Positions 25,611 through 37,023 of a stretch of DNA of 64,000 nucleotides are shown here, one piece after another. The stretch comes from Chrysemys picta bellii. Its lineage: Eukaryota. Under the pieces are notes generated by a model, which saw only the letters and a list, made by a program, of their open reading frames with translations, was not told where the DNA came from and made no database searches. Location: positions 15,438,001 through 15,502,000 of the forward strand of contig NC_088794.1 in assembly GCF_011386835.1 (NCBI RefSeq), given 5' to 3'. Position 1 is the first letter of the stretch. The number at the start of each line of letters is the position of its first letter. The position numbers were made by a program, and so were the translations under genes.

Positions 25611-26342
25611 ATAATTTGTAAGTGCCTGGATCCCACTGATTTGGGAGCCTAAATACCTTTCAAGATCTGGGCCTTCATCTCTCCTGTGCATCAGTTCCCT
25701 ACACATGAGTGTGGGTGGTGGGGGAATGGAACACAGCCCCTTTGCTCAGCTAAAACAGAGGCAAACCCCCATCCCTCCTCTGCCAGCTTGGATAAGCAGA
25801 GCTTCCCTCCAGCTCCTCTCCTCCTTGAAGGATCTGGTGGTGGGCAGGGTGCTTCATTGTAACTTTGCTGCAGTTCCCACAGCTGTAAAATGGGGGTAAC
25901 GCTTCTTACCCGCCTTTGTAAAATGCTTGTAAAGCTATGGATGAAAGTGCCATTATAATCTTCGATGTCCCCGCAGCATGTGATGGGTCCTCACTATTTA
26001 TTTATTGTTACCTGTTTTTTTAAACATCTCCATGGTGGCCATCGATTTCATAAGCATCACAGCATTTCTTGAAACCTAAAATTCTACAGAGGACATGATG
26101 TCCAGAAAAACAACCTCAAGTACTCATCTCAAGATCCAATCAGGAAGCAGAGTTTTGCCTATGCCATCTACTAGGGAGAATTATTTTTATGTGATTAACA
26201 AACACAGTTAACCAAAGCAAATGACAATTTAAAAAGGAGGTGCAATAAAATGGACTATTTGAGTAAATACTAATTTAAGAAGGGGGTGTACAAACAAGTC
26301 AGAGAGGGACGAGACCATCTGACAGGACAGACCTGCACAGAT

Positions 26343-26429
26343 GATCATAGAATCATAGAATATCAGGGTTGGAAGGGACCTCAGGAGGTCATCTAGTCCA
26401 ACCCCCTGCTTAAAGCAGGACCAATCCCA
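26343..26429 (-). mobile_element. CR1 3' terminal fragment
   Basis: atcatagaatcatagaatatcagggttggaagggacctcaggaggtcatctagtcc is the reverse complement of the CR1 tail. Confidence 0.85.
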
Positions 26430-26879
26430 TGAACCCTTCCCGGCCAGTAAGAGAGAAGTATTTCCTGCCCTTATCTTGTCACTTATTAACACATGCAAAG
26501 TAGTTTCAGAAGCTGTTTGAAGGATCACAAAAATATAGCAGGAGGAATGAAAAGAGACAAAGGCATCATAAGCAGGGTTATCCATGTTTTATAAATAAGG
26601 AAACTGAGGCACAAAAAACAAGTGATTTCTTCAAGCTCACACCATGAGTCAGGGTGAGAACAATGGAATCTGAACTCCTGGTGCCCTGCTCTGACCACTC
26701 ACCAACACTTCCTTGTGGGACAGACCTCCACGCAGCTTAAATAAATCTGCTGATGTTATTATACATGCAATATTTGGCAACATGATTCCAAGCAGAACTG
26801 AGGGCTTGTGACAGAACTTCCATCTGCATTTGAACTGCAGGCAGCAAAGATGTCTTCATTTCACTGTGATTAGCACAAA

Positions 26880-26960
26880 CTACAGAGCAGTCTTTGACAG
26901 AGGCGTCTGTTTGAAAGTCAAACTGGCGTAGGTGATCTCATCGTTAGGACACGTAGGAAC
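26880..26960 (-). CDS. C1orf162: C1orf162 orthologue, coding exon 5 (ITIM tail)
   Basis: Acceptor atgtttgcag|, encodes VPTCPNDEITYASLTFKQTPLSKTAL* and aligns with the recalled human ESLTYASTTFK. Total CDS 393 nt = 130 aa. Confidence 0.88.
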   Translation of the reverse strand, partial: VPTCPNDEITYASLTFKQTPLSKTAL

Positions 26961-27710
26961 CTGCAAACATTATTTGGAAGTGAGGAGCTGCTGGAATTCT
27001 GACTGGATTTCCTACCCTTCATTTTGCTTTCTAGGATGCTCTCAAATGTAATCTAGTGTGAGTAGTCTGCTCCTTGTGCATGGGGAACACAGAACTTGCC
27101 AGACCGATGGTCCACTAGTCTAGTACCCTATGACCATGGTCGATATTAGAGACTTCAGAGGAATCAGTACCATAATGGACAATTATGGAATAACTTGCCC
27201 ATAAGGAAAAGCTTCTTCCTAATCATCTCAATTAGTGATTGGTTTATGCCCTGAAGCATGAGGGCTTATATATGTTTATCCTATCAACATAGCTGGGGAG
27301 TCACATAATGTCAGAGGTGATATCCCATCTCTAAGGAACTGCAGAGGGGACCGATTGAGTCCCTGAGGTATTTGGAGAATGCAGCATTTGAACCAGGGCA
27401 GGAAATATCTAGCATCCCTCTACAAACACCTCTTCCAGTCTCTGGCACCACACACGCTGATGGGGATGAGGAGGCTGCAGACATGAAAAACTGAGCACTT
27501 GGGTGGCATAGGTAGGAGTGCTTATTGCTTTCCCAGGGAAAGCACTAGCTATAAGTTAAGGTAAAAGGAACCTCTGAATAACTGTTACATTGATATGAAC
27601 AAACTTCCTGTTTTCAGTCCCAAATTCACGTTCATCATAATATAGCATTTTCTACAGAGAATCTGAAGACGTGTCATGAGACACACCAAGGAAACAGTTC
27701 CGACCTTTAC

Positions 27711-27790
27711 CTGGGTGTTTTCAGCAGGTGCCTGATGCACAGTATCTGAAGGATCCTGCTCTTGAGAAGTCTTTCGGGGTGTATTGTGAA
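27711..27790 (-). CDS. C1orf162: C1orf162 orthologue, coding exon 4 (cytoplasmic linker)
   Basis: Acceptor ccctttgtctccattacag|, 80 nt encoding (V)HNTPRKTSQEQDPSDTVHQAPAENTQ, donor CAG|gtaaag. Phase 1 in, phase 0 out. Confidence 0.85.
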
Positions 27791-28324
27791 CTGTAATGGA
27801 GACAAAGGGATAGGTACCAATGACGGCCAGGCCACAGAAGAAATCCCCGCCCTCTGGGTATGCGTTCAGAGTCATTCTAAGGCCTGGATGAATTGATCCA
27901 GTTCACGAAGTGAGGGGAAGGGCAGAGGGCACAGGAAAAATTGGGGGGCAAACTGTTCTGCAAATAGAAATAAACTTTTAATCAGGCAGGTTGGAGAAGG
28001 AAGGGCATAACCCCAAAGTGTGCAGCACAAGGCAGTGTGGGGAGAAGGAGTACAGTACGGTCTGACCTGCATCCCCTGGATTGTTTTACTAGATTGTCTG
28101 TATTATGATGGTGCCTAGCAGTGCCAGTCATTGACCAGGACTCCATTGCTCTGGGTGCTGCAGAAACACACAACAAACAGAGGGTTTGTGCCCCAAAGAG
28201 CTTACAATCGAAGGGTCTCTCTTCATTGCAGAGTTAGCCCATGGAATCAGGCCACTGCTTAGCCTAGCTTGGGTGTTAGCTGCCACACTGCAAAACCAAA
28301 CTCAAGTCATTGGACCCTCACTAG

Positions 28325-28544
28325 CAGGGCCGGCTCCAGGATTTTGGCCGCCCCAAGCAGCCACACAAACAAAAAAAAGCCGCGATTGTGATCTGCGGCG
28401 GCAATGCGGCGGGAGGTCCTTCGCTCCGAGCCGGAGTGAGGGACCGTCCGCTGAATTGCTGCTGAACAGCTGGACGTGCCGCCCCTCTCCGAAGTGGCCG
28501 CCCCAAGCACCCGCTTGGTAAGCTGGTGCCTGGAGCCGGCCCTG
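28325..28544. mobile_element. hAT MITE (same TIR family as 14992-15601) in C1orf162 intron 3
   Basis: Perfect 16-bp TIRs CAGGGCCGGCTCCAGG / CCTGGAGCCGGCCCTG; degenerate TSD CTCACTAG / CCCACTGG. Confidence 0.88.
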
Positions 28545-29900
28545 CCCACTGGGGCCAGGACTCTTGGGTTCTTGGTGTTTGCTGTAAACTGAGCCTCTCT
28601 ATGATACTTTCCCAGGGAACTGTGGGAAAATTTGTCCACCCTTCTGATCACACAGCAGGAATTGCGGGAAGGCACTGAAAGACTATCAGCACTTTACTTG
28701 AGTGGCTTAGCCTGCATCCTCATTGCAAAGTATGTGGGTTACCAGCCTGAATGAAAAGAGAAATGCCTGGCTCAAAACCACATCTCCGAAAAGGGCCAGT
28801 TAGCTTGGGTTTAAAGCATCACTAAATATGGGTGATGGGGTTTGTGTGGGGACAGGAGGGAGTTGGAGCAGAAGCAACACCTGAATAAAAGGCCGAACTA
28901 ACTTTGCAGCGAAGACAGACCCTAAGTAATCTAGTAACGTGGATCTTATCTGTGTGGATTCCCACAGGAAGACCTTTGAAAGGTGTGGATGCTGGGTGCT
29001 TTGAAAAATTTGGCTCAGGGTTTTTAATAGTCACTATTCTTGGCTACCGTGGGCTTTATGCTTCATTGCATGATGGCAAAATTACCACCATTATAGCTGA
29101 AGTGGTGCCCAGAGTCAGGAGGTAGATGAAAAGTCATTGCTACAAACAGATACTTTTGGCTACCATGTATTCAATATTCAAAGTACATTCACATGCAAAA
29201 AGACCCAGCACACCTGTCTGGTTTTTTTTTTTTTTTTTGAGTATTAACATTAAATAGACATGTGTGGACAGTTAAATATGTGTAATCCGAGTTTTCACTC
29301 AATGTAATCAAATCACTAGAAACGACAGGTCATAGGTATTGTAATGATGCTCACTCTGTAATATGATAACACCCTGTTAGAGAGATCGGATTATTATATT
29401 CCTGCTTAATGTTTCTGTAAACAAACGTTCATTGTGGTAATGATATTTTTGTTTCACATGGCAAGCGTTTGTAAACCTATTAATACTTCCTAAATACAAA
29501 AACAGTAAAAAAGAGAAGTCATTGCTGTTAATGCTGCATTCGAGCAGATATCATCTAAGCATATTTCTGAACGAGGTGGCATTATAACATTCCCAAAGTT
29601 ATGCTTAAAAAGATAAAGGGCCTACCCTGAACAAACATGGCAAGGAGATTCTAAGTGAACACTGTCACTTCCTCCATGAAAAACCTGCACCCCCAGCAAC
29701 AGCATTTGAATGTGGAACACCTGAGATACTCAGTCCTAGATCCTAAAAGGCATTTAGGCATCTAAATCCAATTGATCTCAATGTGAGTTAGGTGCCTAAA
29801 TACCTTCGAGGACTTGGCCCTTGGAAACCAGCTGTCCTCTGCCACAAGCTATGGCAGTCCAATATCCTGCAAGCATCATTCCTCATTGCACATCCCTTAC

Positions 29901-29995
29901 CTTTCCTTTTCCTGATAAAGTAGATGGTTGTAAATACCAGCATGGTCAATAGGACGGCAGAGATACAGGCCACCAATATGTAGAGGAACTCAGGT
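29901..29995 (-). CDS. C1orf162: C1orf162 orthologue, coding exon 3 (transmembrane helix plus basic stop-transfer)
   Basis: Acceptor tgcactaacag|, 95 nt encoding PEFLYILVACISAVLLTMLVFTTIYFIRKRK, donor AAG|gtaagg. Similar to the recalled human HLILAFCAGVLLTLLLIAFIFLIIKSYRK. Syntenic position and strand match. Confidence 0.88.
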
Positions 29996-31564
29996 CTGTT
30001 AGTGCACAGAATACAGTGGGTTAGAAACAAACAGCTCCCCCCTTTCCTACTCTCTGTCCTGGCTACCACCCTGGCCAATACTATCTCAGCACCTCAGGGC
30101 CTTATGCTGAGTTCAAACACGAATGTTACCAAAACCTCCGGAACCACGCCCGGTGCACTGAATTCAAATCAACAGAGATCGATGTTATTGGATAACAAAA
30201 TCACATGTCTACAGAGAGCTGCTATTTAGCGGGCCAAAATTCCAAATGAGAGGGAAGAAGAAAGAACCTAAGAAAAACCTGTGTGATCATATGAGATGTT
30301 TGCAACTAATAAGTGTGTCATTCAGATATTGTTATTGGCATTAAAAGCATTACCACAGGTTATGCAAGCTGCAATATGGACCCTCACATTCATAGGAATA
30401 AATATGGGTAACAAGATCAGCAATTTATTTAATTCTAAGTAATGGGAAGAAACTTGATCTAAACAGACCAGATTCAGCCCTGATATAACTTCATGAAATT
30501 ACACCTACTTACACCAGGACTGAGCCTGGCCTGGTAATTGGAAAGCATTGTACTAGAGACCATAAAACCTATCTCCCATTGAAGTTGATGTCTTGAAGTG
30601 GAGCAGGATGAGGACCTCAGTGTATGTTTTAAAATGTTTTGGCTTTTCACACCCATTACGGAGCCTGAGTTTCAAAGACATAAAAATGCTACATTCAGAA
30701 AATGAACATAAATCTGATGAAAAAGGTAAGTATGTGAAGCAAACATACACATACAAAAATATCCTTTCACTTCAGATTTAAACTCAAATATATACAACCA
30801 CCCGACCACAGGGATATTCACTGAAGGCATTAATCTGCTGGAGGCAGATTATCCAATTCACACACTAAGAAATGTATTTCAGTTTGCAACCTGCATCTCT
30901 TGTGGCTGGAGAAAATCTCTGGGGGCGGCGGCTGCGGGGGTGAATGGGGAGACAGTAATGGGTGTTTTTACTAACAGTTTATATCTTTGAAGGAGTCATG
31001 AGGTATATTTCTGCTCACTGTACATTTATGGATGACAAGATTCAACTCTCATATGCTCCAGTTTAAATCAGGAGTTACTCTGCTATAGTCAATGGAGTCA
31101 CTCCTGATTTACAACAGCGTAAATAGGAGTAGAATTTGGCCTGACATTTTCATTTCCGTGAAATTTTGAAAAGCTAAACAGTTTATCACAGCATCACCAC
31201 TGGGCATATCACATCAGCCTGTCAACTTACATTGTTCTTCTATTATCTCATTTAAATCAAAATGTGGTGGTGAATGTATCAGAGAGTTATCATTTTAATT
31301 TAAAAACATCTCTTTTGGAATCTGATGTAGTACTTACTTCCAAGCTCTTTATGACTTACTGGTTATGTGGTTTCCATTAGAATTGCATTAAGGGCTGACG
31401 AAGAATACATATTGTTTGAGTATCAGCAATATAAATATATAGATTCTGAGCAACCCTTTACAATCAGAAACATTAAAGTCACTGCCCGTAACAACTCTCC
31501 TTGGAGTCTGTGAATGATCTCACGCCACCATGACAATTAACCCGCAAAAATAGTTCTTGTTTAC

Positions 31565-31658
31565 TTATCAAATATGGTCTTGTCTCTTGTAATCATGACT
31601 ACAGTAGTTGTGCTGGAACTGGTGCTGGCAGTGGTGGTGCTGGCTGCAGGTGATGGTG
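31565..31658 (-). CDS. C1orf162: C1orf162 orthologue, coding exon 2 (Ser/Thr-rich ectodomain)
   Basis: Acceptor ttcacttctag|, 94 nt encoding PSPAASTTTASTSSSTTTVVMITRDKTIFD, donor AA|gtaaac. Phase 1 in and phase 2 out fit both neighbours. Confidence 0.8.
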
Positions 31659-32009
31659 CTAGAAGTGAATACAAAGAGCATTAAAACATGTTATCTGTTT
31701 CTTAAAATAAGTTTCATTCTGCAGCAGTGTTTCCAGTATTGGATCTGTTCTGCCCAGAGGCCCATGACCCACAAGGGAGCTATTAATGTACATTAGTGTG
31801 AGAACGTTCTTTAAAATCTTCTTTTTATGTTTAATAATTGGAATGAAAGCTAGACTATGGTAAATCATGCTGCGAGATGTACACAGCCACACTTTCCCTG
31901 CTGCCCAATGATGACCAAATATTATTACCAACTACACTAATGTAGCTCTGTTGAAGTCTTGGGATTACACCAGTGTAACTGAGAACAGAATTTGGTTCAT
32001 TTCCTCCCT

Positions 32010-32340
32010 GTGTTGGGTTGGACCCCCCGTCAGGGATGTCACCTGATGTACTGTGGTTTTACTGAGCCTCTCCTGCTCCACCAGCCTGGATTCCCTCTCC
32101 CTGTGTCGCTAAATTAGGCTCTCCGGTCTCCTGCAGCACGCACACACACAGGTAGGGCCACAACCAGCTGCAAACACAGACTGAAATCAGCGCTGTGTGA
32201 GAAGGCTCCCCCAGCACTCACGTGCACACCCCTTTTGGGAAATATATATTGTTTTGCACTGTATAGAAAAATCTGCACAGCGCAAACTCATATCATAAGC
32301 ATATTTTCATAAAGGATATGGAGTGTAACATCACACCCCC
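32010..32340. mobile_element. Putative LTR-type repeat fragment in C1orf162 coding intron 1
   Basis: gggatgtcacctgatgtactg...ttgcactgtatagaaaaatctgcacagcgc resembles a common turtle interspersed repeat (recognition only). Confidence 0.35.
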
Positions 32341-32357
32341 ATGCAAGATATAGTTAC

Positions 32358-32400
32358 CTGGATGTGATTTGTGATTGTTTTTTGAGCTCGAACTTCCCAT
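32358..32400 (-). CDS. C1orf162: C1orf162 orthologue, coding exon 1 (MGSSSSKNNHKSHP)
   Basis: Acceptor ctttttatccttag at 32419-32420, 18 nt of UTR, ATG at 32400, donor CAG|gtaact in phase 1 matching the next exon. The MGxxxS start resembles the recalled human MGGNGS. Confidence 0.72.
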
Positions 32401-32739
32401 TCTCTCTTCCACTGGTAACTAAGGATAAAAAGTATGTATATACTGTTTAGAAAACTCCGTAGATTCTGGGTCTCTGATTTCTAAGATCATTAGATTGTGT
32501 TCTAAAGTCCTGGTCTGATTCATGGAGGCCAGGTGTCTCTGGGTCATTATTAATTACTAGTATTAATAGTTTGTACTGGAAACCAAAACTCTGGGTCTAA
32601 ACAGCCCCAAACTCTGGGTCCACTCTAATTTGTACTTCTCTGGAGGCTTTCATCCAAGGAGCTCAAAATGCTTAAACTGCAATGGATTAAGCCTCATGAC
32701 ATACCTGTGAGCTAAGAAAGTATTATCCACATTTTAGAG

Positions 32740-33600
32740 TGTGTGTGAACAAACATGGAGAGGATAAATAACCTGCCCAAACAGAAACAGCACGAAGCCT
32801 CCTTCCTCCAGCAGCCTCCATGTTTCCTTGCTCTCAGATGGAAAGAACTTTAACGAGGGGTCACCCTCAGGAAAATGCTTTTCAAAGGGTGACGAAACTA
32901 TGAAAATGAGGGGCAAAAACACCCTCCCTCCCCCCCATTCTCTCTCCCTACCCCTCTCTCTCTTTTCACCCCAGATTAAACAAACAGCCACTGCACTTTG
33001 GAAGCAGGCCCTAGCCTGAGAGATTGGTCAGCAGTCTTACTGGAAACCTGGGGTAATGGACTTCACTTTAGTTTGTTTAGGTTAGAAAGCATTTTATCTT
33101 TATTTTTCTTATACCCATTTCTGAACTTTAATACCTCATTACCTGTAACTCAAACTAGTTTTGTTCTTTAATCAAAATAATCCAGTGTTGTGAATTGTTT
33201 GGGTAACTCGATTTAAGGTGGCAAGGTGTTGTGTATTGATCCCATTAGAGGGGCAACAGACCTATGGACTGGACTGTCCAGGAGAGGGCTGGATAGTGCA
33301 GAACACACATTGTGGGGGAAAATTCAAGCCTGGAGCGTGTTGTCACCTTGCAAATAGTAACCAGTGCTGCTGGAAGCCAAAGTGGGGGCTGGTGTGTTAC
33401 TGTCAGGCTGCTGGGGTCAGAACTGCTGGACCCGCACGGTAGCTTTACACAGACACTCAGGGAGTAACCTGCACGTTGACAGGCTGCTTCTGAGGAACCT
33501 CAGTTGGAGTTACAACAGCAAAGTATTGTGAGGCACCCAAGGTTGCGGAGCAGGGGTGACACAGCCCCTCACTGGTCAGCATTGCACTCTGAAATGTTCT
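32740..33600 (+). mobile_element. Putative Gypsy-like solo LTR upstream of the C1orf162 ATG exon
   Basis: LTR-like composition ending ...ggggtgacacagcccctcactggtcagcattgcactctgaaatg. Boundaries are approximate. Confidence 0.35.
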
Positions 33601-36353
33601 ACTAGGCCATACTCAACATATTTTTCCATGCTTGTAAACAAAAGGTCTATCTACTCTTAAAGACACTGACTAAAGTAAATCCTGTTTCAATATCAGAGGG
33701 AAACAGCCAACTTAAAAACCTCACTTCTGCATGAAAATTATCTATTTTGTGCAGCAGCTATGAATATAAATGAAAGGTTAGGAAAAAAATTTCTTTTCAC
33801 TTTATGTTGTGCATTTGACAGCGCTTGATGTTCCCCGGTATAATCAATTAGTCCTCTATTGTTTGCGTAGGTCTTTCACACATCAACAAAACAGGAAAAA
33901 GTATTATTTTTAAAATCTCAGGAGATGATCTGAAAACGCTCAGAGATCTGAAAATACTGATTGATTGAAAGGCACAAGCCCTAAAAAAAAAAAAAAAAAA
34001 AACTTAATTGACCAGATTTGGCGATAAATATGACTGATTTATTCTTTAAAAAAAAAAAAGAGAACACACATTTGTACTGGTAATTAAGATAAATGAAATA
34101 ACTACCTCTTACCTCCTTCCATAAAATTGTTGCTCACTGGACACCAAGAAAGTGTTCCAAAGCTTTCACAGCTGCAAAAATGACTTGATTTTCCAAAGTA
34201 GATCAGTAACAGCTATCAGAGGTAATTCAACATATCTACAGCCGTTCCGATGTTGAAACATCTGCTGTCAGAGGAAGTTTAGTAATATCAGATTTTTGTA
34301 ACACAAGAAACCACCCGTTTTCTTTCATGTAAACAAGACCTATTTTTTGGCCAACAAATATGTTTGAAATCAGGTGTCAAAATTCTGATTTACTTTTTAT
34401 TAAGGGAGAGTGAACACAGGCAAATGTTTTGGTTTTGCAAATCTCTTGAATTTTTTTTTCCTCCTCTGAATTTAAAACTTTGTTTTTAACAAAGCCAGTC
34501 AAAATTTTGGTTGACATTCAGAATTTTTGAAATCTTTATGATTGGTTCTATTTATTTTTTTTTTAATTGAATCACCATGTTTAAAAAACTAAAGCTTTTT
34601 TCCCCCCTTGTGTTAAATTCTCATCCCTTTTCAGCACAGCATTTAAACACAATAATCTTATTTCAATGGGAAGTAATTTATGAATAAATTACTTACCAGA
34701 GTAATGTGCATAGCTGAATAAGGATGAGATTACTCACATTTAAGTGTTTTGCTCAGTTGGGGCTTGTATTAGGGATAGACCTCCACCCCAAAAAGATCAG
34801 ACAATCAATAGAAGGCCCTATCTATGCAGTATATTGATTGATTTTTGTTTAAAATTCTCCACTTGCTCCTTTTTCAAGTCTCCAGTAAGTGGAACACACA
34901 CTCAATAACATTTGAGTCAAGATGACTGAATGGGTTCAAATGTAAGCCAAGTGATTTACCTATCCTTACTCAACATTTGTACTGGTGGTTTACTTTCCAC
35001 AAGGCACATTACTGTTGTACTTGGATTCTCACTCTGCTCAGGAACTGTTTATATCCCAGTAAAACTATTTTCACATTGAAATTGATGTTTTTGAATGGGT
35101 AGGGTTAATAGAAATGTTTATTAACCAAAGCCTAAATTTTGGGCTTATTCCACCATTGTTCAGTTATGAATTCTGTGCCTGCTTTTCTAGTACAATTGGT
35201 GCAATGGATAGACAGTAGGATGGAAAACTGGAGGGTAGTGGTCTCCATTTGTTTGGAAATATAAGCTATTTAACTCCTGTTTGCAAAGTTACTTTTACCT
35301 TAAACAACTCTACATCCAGCAACCATAGTCAGTTCTGCAATGAAAGCAGGTAGATGGGTAACAATACACTGAAGTTGAGGACACGGAGTAACAAATATCA
35401 GCTCCGTTACAGAACATCTGAAGGAAGGGGGAAAAACAAAAACAAAAAAACCCACCACACTAATTCAGTCTGAAACCACAGAGAGAAGGAAATTGCACTT
35501 CCTTGAGTTTTAAGTAACTGGTTAGCAGATTAGCAACCATTTTCTTCTCTGCTTTATTTCTTTGCAATAATCTGTCCCCAAACACATATATAGCAAGTCA
35601 GGTTCATATCTGCCTTCAGTGGTACTTTCTGCCCCCCACTTCCTCCGCTGTGGACTAGTAGCTGGCCCCATCTTAGCTCACTTTTCATTGTCGAGACACT
35701 GCAAATTGGAACAGTAGAGTTGTTAAATGTAGAATCCACAGAAATTTATATGGCATGAGTACAGAGGAAAGGGACACTGACAATTCTGATTTTTCAGTTT
35801 GCTAACAGAAAGTCAAAGGGTATGTGCTTTGGAGGAGACAAGTGGCAGACAGCATGCAGAGTTGGAAGATTGTTTTAGCCCTCTCAGAACCACTGGTAAT
35901 TTCTAAAAGCAACTGTACCATACCAGAGGGAGCATGAGCACATCCCTGCTTGTGGGATAGATTGTGGGAGGGAGCCATATATTCATCCAGAAAACAGGGG
36001 TACCATGCTAGAAATGCACAATTGAGAGCATTAGTCTTTAACAAGATCCACAGGAAAGTTAGACAGACAGAGGTTGAGTCTTTGTGATTTCTTTTTTTTT
36101 TTTTTTTAAAAAGGGAAGAGCAGCCCCTTTTTGATTAAGATGCTTCATAACAAAATTTCAATTTAGCATTGTGAAATACAGGTATGATCTATGGTCTGCC
36201 AGCAGGGCTTTATCGTGAGAACTTCTGCTTGCGAGGTGAACCAGATGACAGACTTCTCATCATATACTGAAATTGATCTCTGCCTTACAACCATGAGTAC
36301 TGAGAACCTAATGTGTTTTCCCAAAAGTAAGCACAGAGGGTGAGAAATATAGA

Positions 36354-36372
36354 ACGGGGGGGGGGGGGGGGA
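36354..36372. repeat. Poly-G run
   Basis: Uninterrupted run of G, directly visible. Confidence 0.9.
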
Positions 36373-36717
36373 GGAGAACTACCTTCCTATGCTCTCCCCA
36401 CACTCTTCATACTGCCTCTCTCCTTCCCTCTCCCCACCTAGGAACAAATAAGCCATGGCTGTCCGTGTAATTGTTAGGCCATAACCCAAATGTATATCTA
36501 GTGTAAACACTGTTTTTTCATATTACTCAGGGATATCAAAGTGCTTTACAAGTATGAATCATGCCTCACTCTCCCCGTTCCCCATATACTTATTTTACAG
36601 AGAAGAAAACTGAGGCACAGGCAAAAGCAGTCACTTGCCTAGACACACAGTGAGTCAGTGGCAAAGCAAGTCACAAAGAAACATGAACTGTTTGGCTTTA
36701 ACAAAGGAAGAATTGTT

Positions 36718-36723
36718 TTTATT
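36718..36723 (-). terminator. Candidate ATP5PB polyadenylation signal AATAAA
   Basis: About 230 nt past the stop codon; an ATTAAA is also present at 36868-36873. Confidence 0.5.
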
Positions 36724-36951
36724 CATCTGCAGAACCCTAATTTCTGCATAAAAGACTGGAACAAGTACATAGGTCCCTGTTCACATGTCAGAATTAACTG
36801 CTATAACCATAGTCTGGGACTGCTGCTAGTTCAGTGCTACTAGTCAGACAGAGAGTACAGAACTTATTTTAATTTAGAGTTACAGTTGTACAGTTTCCAA
36901 CAGCAGATCACAGAAGCAACGCAGAGCTGACTGGAATTCAATGTTGTGCAA

Positions 36952-37023
36952 TTATATTGCCACCCGTGTGCTCTTCGATAACATCTTCAAATCGGAGATG
37001 CACTTGGCAATACTCTCCTTCTC
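36952..37023 (-). CDS. ATP5PB: ATP synthase subunit b, exon 7 (terminal)
   Basis: ttttgcag| EKESIAKCISDLKMLSKSTRVAI* (TAA). Total CDS 759 nt = 252 aa. Confidence 0.96.
   Translation of the reverse strand, partial: EKESIAKCISDLKMLSKSTRVAI

Noticed and set aside
26740-26879. Alternative frame past the C1orf162 stop (CANHSEMK...CMYNNISRFI*) faintly recalling the human distal Tyr motif
   Set aside because: The similarity is only a few residues, spacing does not match, and there is no evidence for a frameshift.
27791-27875. Ig F-strand-like EGGDFFCG upstream of C1orf162 exon 4, a possible TMIGD3 remnant
   Set aside because: It is intronic read-through next to the polypyrimidine tract, on the wrong strand for TMIGD3, with no B-strand Cys or C-strand Trp.
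30593-30781. Plus-strand ORF containing an AAG|gtaagt donor
   Set aside because: No acceptor or partner exons and no homology; it is antisense within a C1orf162 intron.
30891-30931. 41-nt exon candidate (PPPPEIFSSHKRC) in C1orf162 intron 2
   Set aside because: The donor (gttgca) is weak and the length is not a multiple of 3, so inclusion would frameshift the TM exon.
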